DNA of 63,979 nt, the filler included, from Lenisia limosa (Eukaryota; Protista; Breviatea), in assembly GCA_001655205.1 (NCBI GenBank). It is 19 parts of 19 records of this genome, joined end to end, with 100 filler letters (N's around TTAATTAATTAA, not from the genome) between each part and the next. Parts side by side here need not be neighbours in the genome. Positions count along the whole stretch, not along the records: positions 22,285 to 35,138 come from LPNZ01006755.1; 18 more parts are not named here. The stretch is one strand, 5' to 3'. Below are positions 23,082 to 35,114 of this stretch, in pieces. Made by a program: the position numbers and the translations under genes. The notes below the pieces were generated by a model. The model searched no databases, was not told the DNA's origin, and saw only the letters and a program-made list of their open reading frames with translations. Position 1 is the stretch's first letter. Every line of letters starts with the position of its first letter.

Positions 23082-26000
23082 CCCTTGGTTTGTATGTACT
23101 TTGGGAATTTCCTGATACTCACTCTGCAGTCTGCCTTGTCAATGGAATGGACCTCTTGCCCAACCAAATGGTCACTTTCAACGACGTGGGGGGGGGGGGT
23201 GNNNNNNNNNNNNNNNNNNNNNNNNNNNNNNNNNNNNNNNNNNNNNNNNNNNNNNNNNNNNNNNNNNNNNNNNNNNNNNNNNNNNNNNNNNNNCATTCCA
23301 CCCGCATTATCTTTGAACCCTCTTCGGTTCGGTTTGGTTCGTAATTGACAACATTTTGAACAACATTTTACAGGATCTCAAGAAAGCCCTCGTATTTCTA
23401 AAATACCAAGCAAGGCTGGCTAACTGTTTAGAACAACTCAATATGCATCCTTGGTGCCAGCTCCTTCGAACGAAACTCCGACCGTGAATTTGTGCAACTT
23501 TTCAAGGTGAGTCCATGTTGCATTATGCAATTAATGCAGCTGCGCTCCCTGAAACCTAAACCAGAACTAATGCACCTCCGCAGGCTGTCTCTCAACACTC
23601 CCACGCGCCGTACACCCATGCATGTGGCTGTGTGGCCAACTCCACCATTCAGCGCCAGCTCCAGGTGGGTGCCACAGGCCATCTTCTGGGCTCTTTTTCA
23701 ATTGCACTTAGAGCTTCACCTTCGGCTCTCAAAAGGCTGAAACCTTGATAAATATTGATAGCTATCTGTCTTTTGGTCCATAAATGCATGGCTTACAATT
23801 AATCCTTCCAATAACTGAGGGTTAATTTCCGACAATAAAGACGTTTTCGTAACAATAGATCCCAGGTAAAATTTCTTGACCTTATTTCAAACATCGATAT
23901 TAAGCAGCGGATTCCTTGAATGCATATCGAATCGATTGTCACGCCCCCCCCCCCCCNNNNNNNNNNNNNNNNNNNNNNNNNNNNNNNNNNNNNNNNNNNN
24001 NNNNNNNNNNNNNNNNNNNNNNNNNNNNNNNNNNNNNNNNNNNNNNNNNNNNNNNNNNNNNNNNNNNNNNNNNNNNNNNNNNNNNNNNNNNACCGTCGTG
24101 TGTTTCTCAACTTCTTAGCCAACAGAGTTGACTTTTGGAATTGTTTGTTTCCCTCACCCCCACCCAGTCTGACGAAATGTCGATGCAGTCGAAGGTTGAT
24201 CTATTCTCTGATGTCAATGTGTCAAGAAAAATCAATTTGGTGAGATTCTTTCTCCTGATATATTTTTTTTTTTTTCAGCGCCTGCTAGTAAACATCAACA
24301 AATCAATGTCTTACCCCCCCCAGCCGTACNNNNNNNNNNNNNNNNNNNNNNNNNNNNNNNNNNNNNNNNNNNNNNNNNNNNNNNNNNNNNNNNNNNNNNN
24401 NNNNNNNNNNNNNNNNNNNNNNNNNNNNNNNNNNNNNNNNNNNNNNNNNNNNNNNNNNNNNNNNNNNNNNNNNNNNNNNNNNNNNNNNNNNNNNTCAAGA
24501 AATGTCTGTCAATGCCTGATATTTGGGCGTTCTTATTCGAGTGTTTAGCCCGGTGTTTTTCAGTGATTTATCCTCTATGCCCGTGTTTTTTCACTATTGT
24601 ATTAACTGCTCCAGCGAGCAACCTCCCATTCCTCCCAAAAACACAATGTAAGCTTGGTATACGCCGGGCGTTTGTTATGTATTTTAGGCCATATCCACTT
24701 TTAATATTAATTTGACTCACTTCCTATGCTGAGTATATCAGAGTTACTTTTTCCCCCCCCATTTTCCACACGTAACCCCCTCCACCCGTTGATTTTGGGT
24801 TTTGTTTTTTCACCAAATTCACCCCCCAGCCAACAGCCTCCTATTCCAGCCACTAACTCCATTTCACACCTCAAAACCATCAGCGTATCGTATGGGGGNN
24901 NNNNNNNNNNNNNNNNNNNNNNNNNNNNNNNNNNNNNNNNNNNNNNNNNNNNNNNNNNNNNNNNNNNNNNNNNNNNNNNNNNNNNNNNNNNNNNNNNNNN
25001 NNNNNNNNNNNNNNNNNNNNNNNNNNNNNNNNNNNNNNNNNNNNNNNNNNNNNNNNNNNNNNGACACACCAAACCCCGTGCCGGGAGATGGGGACAACTC
25101 CTGCGTCCTTCTCATGTTCGTCAAAACTGACCAACAAAAGCAGACTGTTACGCAGCTGGTTGAGAGTGGCAACTGTGGGGGGTGTTACATCACTTTGATT
25201 CCAAATTAGAGATGAATTTCGATATATTTTTTTATCATATAATACATGTACTTACATATGATATACTATACATATTATTATTAATGGATCAGTTTGGCTT
25301 GTAGACGTACAGTGGGGTTCTCAACACTATCATTCGATACATAATTTGACGTTTCAGCCAAAGCCAAATCTGTTGAGTTCAACCGCATCACTGATGGCTA
25401 TGAGGCTCGTGTGGAATATGCGGTAGGTCCCCCTGCCTAATACGTTGTACATTTTAATGATGTTTCATTTCAGTTTAATTCAAAGACGAAATGTTCCACT
25501 CCACTCTACTAAACTACTACCATTTCTGACCCTTCCAGTTCCCCTTAGAGGCTTCTTTGGGTGTCATGAGGCTCCACAACCGCAAACTCGGAAAGGACTT
25601 CAAGCTCCGCGTCATTTACGCCAAGAAGACCGGTTCTCAAAGTGGGCATATCTTTCAATATTGAACCAATAGGCTGGGTTTCAAACCGGGTTTTTTTTCT
25701 GTTACTTCATAATTGCTCTTTTATTGTCTGATGTTTTCAAACCCTTGTATGTTTCCGTATGCTTAGCCGGAGTTTTGCTTCTTTCATTTTCCATTTTCAC
25801 CCCTCCCCCCCTTCAGCACTGAAGAGGTCCATTGAGCACACCGGGGCTGGACGGCTCAGCTCTCAGCAACAGAAAGAGCTCAAAACTAATCTCCAGAGGA
25901 TCAACAAGAAGCATAAGGAAACTGAAGATTTTGTGGGGATGGATGGAGGGGAGGGGTGGTTGCTGTATAAGTTCGGCTTTTAGCTAGCTAACTCTTCAGG

Positions 26001-27069
26001 AAAAAGAAAGCCGGAAGGCTGACATGCAGAAAATGCAGCTACAGCAGCAACAACAGATGCAACAAATGCAGCAGCAGCAAATGCAACAACAAATGCAAAT
26101 GCAACAGCAGATGCAGAGGCAGCAAATGCAAATGATGCAGCAGCAACAGATGCAATTCGGAGGAGGAGACCAGTTCGGCGTGCCCCCACCGCAAAATTTC
26201 AACCAGTCGTTCCCCCAGCAGCCCCAGGAATTTTACCCGGAACCGCAGCCCCAAATGGAGGGTGACTTTGCAAACAAGCCGCTTTCGCAGTACACAGACG
26301 AGGAGCTGGTGGCATACGGCCGACAGGTGAAGGAGCGTGCAATGAGCTTCAGAAACCAAGGCATTAGTGACTCGAGCAACGTCGAGACGCCGCAACAGCA
26401 GCAATTTGCAATGGATGATATGAGCATGGGCGGAGGCATGAGCATGCATGGGGATATGATGAGAGAGAAAGAAGCCGACATGATGAGAGAAAGAAGACAC
26501 CAAGAGGAGATGATGAGGGATCGCCAACAAGAGGAAATAATGTGTCTGAGACGACAGGAAGAAATGATGCGCGAAAGAAGCGGAAGGCCTGGCCACATGC
26601 AAATGGACGACCCTATGGTGATGAGGGAACAGGAAGCCCCGCAGCAAAACTACCAGGACATGCTGTCAAACTACAACAAGCTCGCCAATGACCTTGGAGG
26701 CATGCCAGCCCAGTTGAGTCCCATGCAGCCCAGTGACTTCCAGGAGCCACATTTTGCCGGCAATATGGAGGTTGACTTCTCCAATCAAATGTTCAACCCC
26801 TCTGAGGTAATATAAATATCTTCTTCTTCATAACATACCTTTTTAAAAAGAGTCTCACTAAAGGATTTCAATATTTATTGAAGTTTAGAACCGAAAATGA
26901 AGCTCGCATATATTTTTCACATGTTTACAATTTTCTTTATATATTTTGACCTTTTCTGGGCTCTTTGCATTTCATCTTAGCTCTATTAGCTGTCACCTTG
27001 TAGTCCCACAATAATGCTGGCCAATACTATGGTCAAAGGAGTGACGATTGGAATGCCCAACATCACGGG
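23082..27069 (+). CDS. RRM-containing RNA-binding protein with a Q/M-rich low-complexity C-terminal region
   Basis: Exons DNSCVLLMFVKTDQQKQTVTQLVE, AKSVEFNRITDGYEARVEYA and SPLEASLGVMRLHNRKLGKDFKLRVIYAKK fit an RRM fold by eye (hnRNP L/PTB-like); a poly-Q/M exon lies at 26000-26806. Inclusion of the exons at 23082-24320 is inferred. Confidence 0.55.
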
Positions 27070-27554
27070 GTAATGAACCCTGTATGGGGGGGCTTACACC
27101 TATCTAACATCTCTTTGTCTTAAATTTAGGCATCATTTCATTCTCAAAGTTTTTTTTTTTCTTCAAGAAGAAAAGTAAATTCATAGAAAAATAGTATCAA
27201 AATTGACATTCAATAAAAATCTTAGGACATAAGAAAAATACCAAAGGACGAGTAAATTATTGATTTTTATAGGATTGATTTTTTGGAGCTGAAATATAAC
27301 TCTACTTTATGCCAGTACTTTCTTTGCAATTTTCGTGGAAATACTTGTTATTTCTCATTTTAAATAGTTTTCATGCAGTATGATGCGTAAAACCAGGTTC
27401 TTGATATTCTGTTTTTTTTTTTTGAAAAACCAATTTTCATCAGAACCTTTTTATCTTTGTTGCTGTTTTGCCTAATAAGGTTTCATTGTGTAGGAGTTCC
27501 AAGGATTTCCCCCCAATGACTCCATGTACATGTAATTCTGTTCTTCAATTTAGT

Positions 27555-27670
27555 CCAATGTAATCTTCCACGGTTGTAACAGGCCCCATTTGAATGTAAT
27601 CTTCCACGGCTGTAACAGGCCCCATCCAATGTAATCTTCCACAGTTGTAACAGGCCCTGTAATGTAATCT
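27555..27670. repeat. Minisatellite, 33-36-bp unit, about 3.3 copies
   Basis: AATGTAATCTTCCACGGTTGTAACAGGCCCCAT at 27557, 27593 and 27628, with a partial copy at 27661. Confidence 0.9.
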
Positions 27671-27957
27671 TTTTGTTTGCTCCGTTTAATTTTGATTGAT
27701 GATGTTGTAGTTGTGGTAACATGTGGCCAGGGGGAGGAGGGTGAAGATCTTTCATTTTGTTTGTCGTGGCAGAAGCTCAACCAATCTCATCAAAAATGAA
27801 GTACAACAATACTAAATTCCAACAATGGATTTATATGTGTATATATATGTACATGTATATTTCACACAACTACACAATTATAAAAAATGTTAATATCGGC
27901 ATTTTTTGATCACGAAAAAACTATGATAGGAAATAAAAATTGAAGGTAACCTGCAGC

Positions 27958-28040
27958 GACAATTTGGCCGAGTTGGTCTAAGGCGTCACGTTAAGGTCGT
28001 GATCTCTCCGGAGGCGTGAGTTCGAATCTCACAGTTGTCA
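27958..28040 (+). tRNA. tRNA-Leu(AAG), intronless, type II with long variable arm
   Basis: Acceptor GACAATT/AGTTGTC + A; D arm GCCGAGTTGGTCTAAGGC; anticodon stem TCACG/CGTGA with loop TT-AAG-GT; T arm GTGAG-TTCGAAT-CTCAC; followed by a T-run Pol III terminator. Confidence 0.96.
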
Positions 28041-28381
28041 ATTTTTTGCTTGTCTGAATATTTTGTTTCTTTTATTTTTCTGAATCTGAATATCAACGGA
28101 ATCACGACTCCTTCCTACTTCTTCCTCCCAATCTTTTTGAGCCCCTTATAACTGGCGGTCGTACATTATATGTCTTTTTGAATACAAATGTNNNNNNNNN
28201 NNNNNNNNNNNNNNNNNNNNNNNNNNNNNNNNNNNNNNNNNNNNNNNNNNNNNNNNNNNNNNNNNNNNNNNNNNNNNNNNNNNNNNNNNNNNNNNNNNNN
28301 NNNNNNNNNNNNNNNNNNNNNNNNNNNNNNNNNNNNNNNGAAAAAGGATCATATCATCATTAAAACTTCGAAAAAACAACA

Positions 28382-31300
28382 TTAAATAGGGGAGGGATAA
28401 AGCTGGTCATAGCCTGGCAGGTCACTGGACGGTCTAGGAAGGTTATCAGAATTGAAACAAAAGTCTCCAGGTATGGACAATAGAGTGGTGCTTGTGATGA
28501 TCAAAGACGCCCCCCCCCCCCACGCCGACGCCTCTTCGAGAGGGGGCGCTGAGGGGNNNNNNNNNNNNNNNNNNNNNNNNNNNNNNNNNNNNNNNNNNNN
28601 NNNNNNNNNNNNNNNNNNNNNNNNNNNNNNNNNNNNNNNNNNNNNNNNNNNNNNNNNNNNNNNNNNNNNNNNNNNNNNNNNNNNNNNNNNNNNNNNNNNN
28701 NNNNNNNNNNNNNNNNNNNNNNNNNNNNNNNNNNNNNNNNNNNNNNNNNNNNNNNNNNNNNNNNNNNNNNNNNNNNNNNNNNNNNNNNNNNNNNNNNNNN
28801 NNNNNNNNNNNNNNNCCAAATCTCTTTTGCCAACGATGCATGCAATATCCACCGCATTATGTCCGTCCTGCAATGTAAAGATAGATGTTTTGAGTCGCCA
28901 TGTTAAGAAATATCGATGTTTTCAACTATTCTTCTAACCAGTTTTGATAAATTATGTGTATACTGTATGGAGCTCTTACATACACGTACATACCTTGATT
29001 ATGTCATTAATCTGTATGCGCCCCTCTCCCTTCTTCCCTCACTATCATGTATGCGCCCCTCTCCCTTCTTCCCTCACTATCACCATCCACCCCAACCATG
29101 TCGCTATCGTGAGCATCCGCCCCATTCTTGAGTAGTTCAGAGACCAGCTGCTTGTACCCAAGAAGTACTGCCCAATGGAGAGCGTTCAGCCCGGCCTGGG
29201 GGTAAAAGGTTGGATCAGAGTAGCCTTGGTTGAAGCATACATTACATTAGCCCCCTCCTACCATGTCATTTTGGTGTATTTCTTTGGAGTGTTTGGCAAA
29301 GTAAGACGCAACAGCCTAATGAATGAGTTAATGAAAAGAAGCAGCAATAACATCAGGGATGCAAGAACTGGTACTATTGGGCCATTCAGTCAATCTCACC
29401 CATATTAAAATGAAGGGGTTCCACAGCCCCTTTTAGGGTAACATAGAAATCGATGAGATTATTTGCAATCAAGAAAATCTTCTGAAACAAAATTCATTGC
29501 CAACTTTTGGATCGAATCCCTTCTTTTTGATGTTGGCCTCAAGTAATTGAAAAACCTGGAATATTAGCAAGGCAGCAGGTAATCCAGAAGAGTTGTATTG
29601 CACAGGAAGACCGTTCAATTGACAGTGGGAAACATAGCATTATTAGTTAATATAATTCCGAGTGCTCTGAAATACACCCCATATGAAAACTACATCCGTA
29701 ATCAGAGCCGATGAAAATCCCAATTGCAAAGACTGTTGCTCACTGGATTTGGGTTAGTCTTCTGGTGGAACATTGTGTAGTGATGAGCCTAAAATGTCAA
29801 GAAAGATTGAGAAGCCGCAGAAACTACTGCCCTTATTAAAGGGTACTAAGAGTTACTTCAGGCAAAAAGCACTATCAAGAAGACCCCAGAAAGACGACAT
29901 GCCACACACCTTCTCCATGACGAGGGGGTCGGAGCCAAGCTTGAGAAGTAAACGGGCAGCGTCGTGGTGGTTCCTCTGCACTGCAAGCATTGCAGGGGTC
30001 TTACCCTCCTGCAATCATCAGAGCAGGTTATGATGCGAGAAGTGTACGATATGATCTTCTATATTATATTACTATATATCATATCACTGTATCATATTGT
30101 ATAGAAATAGTACATTATGAATAAATGCTCTACCCAAGAATAAATAAATACTCATGAAAAGGACGCAAGAGACCAAAAATTCAACCCATAAGTCACAACC
30201 AACACGCTTCTTGCTAACCTTTTTCCTTATCTTTGTGATATTATTTATACCTCATTTGTTATAAAAGCTTCTTCTTTCAAACAAAGTTAGCCCCTACATT
30301 GTTCCTGGCATCCACATCAGCACCGAGCCCTGCGGTAACTGCAATCCCGGTTAGCGATCCATTGAAGGCAGCTGAGTGGAGGGGCGTGTTCCCTTGCTGG
30401 GGGGTGAGGAGTGGTAGCTTCGTTTACGTGGTTACCAATGTATTTTCGTTGATTCATATTATTATTATCAAAGGGTTAGGGAAACATTGAGGGAAAGTGA
30501 AGGGGATGATAGCTTTGGGAACTGTTTAAATAAGCTTCGGTGTATTTTGAAGCAGATAGAAGTAATTAAAAGAGAGACCGCTATAAAGAATATGACTGAA
30601 CTCTACCAGGTCAACTTCGTGGACTGTGAAGCCGTTCTTCAGTAGGGCTTTGACCACACCCGCGTCTTCCCTTCCATTGAGAGCCTCGTGGAGGGCAAAT
30701 TTCACCCCGGGTGACTGCAAAGATTAGTGACTGGGAGGGACTGGGCAATATCGGATGTTGGCCACTGTTACCCCATGTAAGAAGCCCCCCTCCCCCACGT
30801 TTTTGCATTGAGGGTGTAGTTTGACCAGGAAGGCGCGAGTCTTCGGCGTTTGCGCCACATCAAAAGCGTCCGTCTGAGGGGTAAAAGGCAAAATAGTAAA
30901 AATATCCAAAATTAACATGTTGGATAAACACAGGAAACACACGAGCGTTGAAAACTACAAAACCAAAACAGATCGGTCTGTGGGCTGAGGAGGGGGGTAG
31001 TTGGATAGTTGATGAAAACCCTACATATCAGTTCCCCGACCGAAGTGAAGCCCCAGTCACAGCCCACGATTTCCTGAACATGCATGCTAGCAGAGTCAAT
31101 GAGCATGATGCTGACGTCCTGATGGTGCTGCTGGATGGCGTGACACAGCGGACTGCGGCCGGACTGGGGGAGGAGTAATAAGGTAAAATAGTCAAGAAAA
31201 TAAAGGAGATTCACGACCCCCCATACATCATCCCTCTTGTTAGGGTCGGCCTTTTTCTTAAGGAGGAACTTGACTGCTGATTTGGACCCGCAGACAGCCG

Positions 31301-34300
31301 CCCAGCAAAGGGGGGTCAGGCCAAACTAGAGGGGGGGGAGTTGACAAGACCTTCAACAGTATACATTCCTAGGAGATATCTGATATAACATGGTGAAAAC
31401 TCTGCATAACAAGAAAGACACAGTGGGACTATTACTTGGTATTTAAAAAATTGTCGAATGAAAATCCTTCCGGAGTCATTCAATTCGGTTTGTAAGGCAG
31501 CGACCAACAAATGCCAGTAAAGTATTGTCTTTGTCTGGCGTCATAGATTTGTTCTCTGTCCGAAAGCACTCCACATTTACTTTTGCGGGTCTCCTTTGTC
31601 CACATTTCCGAAACAGAGAATACGACACTTAGTGATATTTGAAAGTTCAATATCATCCATCGATGCGGAGGATCCCGCTTCGGAAGTCGCCTTTGATAAC
31701 GTTAGATTGGACTTATCAACCAATATGAATCTGGAGGGAGGGCCTCAACTTACTTTTTCAGATAGAAACAGTGATTGACTCCTGGATCCGCATCTGAGGT
31801 GTCCATCGAAGAGGACTGCATCTCTGGGCGTTCCAAAGTTGGTAGCAATATCATAAAAGAAATAAAAAAGCATTGCTTCTTTCATGCTCTCTTGTTGTAA
31901 TCCTTTTAATATCTTTCAGCTTCTCGAAACACTTGACATTTTGGCTGGGCCACCCTGGGCCAAGACACAATCTCTCACCTCAAATGCCTTCAAGAAAAGC
32001 CCTGCTGCATTTAAAAGTCAAGAATTAAAGCGCTTCACATGTGGGACTTAACTTGGGATCTTAATACCTCTCTTCTCAGAAAACATGTGGGACTTAACTT
32101 GGGATCTTAATTCCTCTCTTCTCAGGTGTATCTATGGTCTAATAACGGCCATTTACGTTCCCATTTCGTGAACGAAGTGATGGCATGCTTCTTCAATAAA
32201 GCTCGTTTTTTAAGGATGGAAGCAAGATTTAGATATCTGTATTCTTACCAATCTTCCAGATAATTTGACTGATTATAGGTTATTCGCCTCCGGTTGAAGA
32301 GGTGAAGATAGTAGACCCGAATGCATGGTTGCAGTTGTGGACACCGTGGCAAGTATTGTTTATATATGAATAAAACTGAACGGAAAGGTCTTGCTGCCCC
32401 ACAGCGAAGGGTGTTAAATATGGAGAAATGTCAATTGTAAGGAAGAGTATCGAAATAGAATCTAATATCGAGCCAACATACCTTGTCAACACGATCAACA
32501 GATCCTCCTGCTTTGACAAAGGTTGAAATGGCCTTCTCCATACTTTCCTTCCGTGCTGCTGTAGGCAGACATCGAAGAAACTCATCATCATCCAAATGCG
32601 CCTATTTCGTGAGAAGAAATGGAAAATGTTTAAATCAGATTCCTCAATAACTACGTCCCCCCCACGCGTCTGAAATGATCGCTGATCTCAGCACCCCGAA
32701 TAAGCAGTTCAGGTACCACGCGGCCAAGGGCGTTTTCACCAGCGTAGTCCAGGGCCGACTTGTTGTCCGCCTAAAATCGTAAATATGGGAATACTATGTT
32801 TAAATGGAGTCTCTTTTTAGTCGCTGTAAGATCATAGGTTTTATTTATGGGTTTCAAAATATCAGTCAAAATAAAAACTGCTTAATTTGCTAAATGCCCC
32901 CCCCACCCTATCAAAAATGGTGACGTCAGCACCCCGCATGATCAGATGATGTGCTATATCGCCAAGCTTAGTCTTACAGGCCAGACTCAAAGCAGTGCTC
33001 TTGTCATGCTGAGAAAGAGTGATAATTTCCTAATACGAGTTTTTAAATCCACATCACCATCAAAAGATCTTCACTTTCGGTTCAAACAAAGACAAAATCT
33101 TCGATAAATATGGATATCTGCAGTACCCACCCTATTTGCTGCGTGGATGTCGACAGAAGTTGAAATCAGTCTTTTTGCAGCCGACGCCATGCCTAAAACC
33201 GTGAATTGGTTTTAGGTCCGTTTGGAGTAATTTCTAATTACCCCCCCCCCCACCGTTTCGACANNNNNNNNNNNNNNNNNNNNNNNNNNNNNNNNNNNNN
33301 NNNNNNNNNNNNNNNNNNNNGTCACCAACCTGAATATCTGTCAAAAAAAGAGTTCTTCATCCTCAAAATGCTTCCCTACGGACCAAAAAATCCCGATAAT
33401 CTCTTTTCTCTTTGTTTTTGAAAGCCCAACATTTTGTTTTGAGCAAAATAAACGATCCCAATGATATTACGATTTTAGTCTGCTCGCGAGGTGACAAGCT
33501 CCCATTGGGTCAAAGACATCGTGATGAATGGTGTGAGGCTGGCACTTACTTTTCGTGGTACTATGTTAACTTTATTTACCGAATCACAGTTTGTTACCAC
33601 TATATTTGTATTTTGTTGTTCCCAAAAACAATCAGAAAATGGCAAGTACCATGAGAAAGCCCCCCCCCNNNNNNNNNNNNNNNNNNNNNNNNNNNNNNNN
33701 NNNNNNNNNNNNNNNNNNNNNNNNNNNNNNNNNNNNNNNNNNNNNNNNNNNNNNNNNNNNNNNNNNNNNNNNNNNNNNNNNNNNNNNNNNNNNNNNNNNN
33801 NNNNNNNNNNNNNNNNNNNNNNNNNNNNNNNNNNNATGGGTGAGGGCTATCAGAAGAAATAATTTGTCCAAAATGACCAAAGGAGTATCATCGTATATTC
33901 TCAGCCTTATCGTCATCCCCTGTCATCCCCACCTTATTCTCAGCCTTATGGTCAGCCCCCATTTCGAAGAGGCGAACAGCAACTCTGTCAAGACCCTTGG
34001 TGAGAGCGAGTTGGAAGGGCGTCTCGAACTCTTTTGAGGGCCCTGGGGGGGGGGGGTGACGGGATAATATACTTGAGGGGTATATTTATTTTTGCAAATA
34101 TACCTTTGGTTCAGTCACAAATCCTTTTTTTGCTGCAAAACAAACATGTGATCGGATATTGATAAGTCTTATTGAAGGAGCAATTGAATTTTGTTTCAAA
34201 TAGCTAGCCTGTAATAATAGACAAAATGCTGAGGACAGTAACGTCCTACTTTCAGGCACCGGAGCGCCCTTATCGAGGATTCGGTTTGAAAGGTCATTCA

Positions 34301-35114
34301 GCCCTTGCTAAATGGCTTAATAAGGTACAATAAGGGCAAGTTAGGATATTGAAGGATGCTCCTGGTTGACCAGCTCCTTCGAGTAAAATCACAGTGAGTT
34401 TCTTTATCCATCACAACTTTCTACGAACTCCCCAAAGAAGTAATTTTGGAAAATGAAAAGGATAGAAATTATCAAGAGCTATTATAACTACTATGCTTAT
34501 TTCTGAACGCTCATTTTGCGTTATCAATTGAATGAGTGTGCCTAAATACCCTATCCGATCCCACCTCAATAGCAATGTACAGGGGTGTCTCACCAGCCTT
34601 AAATATCAGGTGGTGGGGGGAATTTGGTTGGGAGAATGAACCAAATTGACTAAGTAGGAAGCGAATGTTGATGTCAAATGTGTGATATGATATGAAATGT
34701 ATTTTACAAAATCATACATAGTATAGTTCATATATTTTACCAAGTTACTCAAATATTATTATCAGTATTGAATGTAATCAAAAAAAACTAACCTCATTGG
34801 CGGCAACGATGTCAGCCCCATGGTCAATTAATACTGCAGCCGATTCAGCCTTTAGAATCAGTTGGAGTTAAGAGATGCATATTCAAGTCAGAGCTTTTGA
34901 CACTATACGTTCATATGATACTATTATAACTCGTAGAAATGGGGGGAAAAAATTGTGTCCGGCCAAAGCCATTCATTCGGATTCTGTAAAATACTCCTTG
35001 GAAAACAGCTTTCAGCAGGCTTCCATATCATGTCAGCATCATCATCATGGAAATTTCCTTCATTTACCTTACCTGTCCGTATCTCAAAGCCACATGAAGA
35101 GGAGTGTCCAAGTC
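28382..35114 (-). CDS. Long multi-exon ankyrin-repeat protein (could be two adjacent genes), 5'-truncated
   Basis: Ankyrin-type exons: DLDTPLHVALRYGQ, GETPLYIAIEVG, FETPFQLALTKGLDRVAVRLFEMGADHKAENK, STALSLACKTKLGDIAHHLIMRGADV, TPLCWAAVCGSKSAVKFLLKKKADPNKRD, GNTPLHSAAFNG...GADVDARNN, GKTPAMLAVQRNHHDAARLLLKLGSDP, LNALHWAVLLGYKQLVSELLKNGAD; stop at 28382-28384. Confidence 0.88.
32037..32125. repeat. 46-bp tandem duplication
   Basis: ACATGTGGGACTTAACTTGGGATCTTAAT(A/T)CCTCTCTTCTCAG at 32037 and 32083. Confidence 0.9.

Noticed and set aside
26039-26647. Leu-, His- and Cys-rich ORFs on the minus strand and in alternative frames
   Set aside because: Shadows of the CAG/CAA/ATG-rich exon at 26000-26806.
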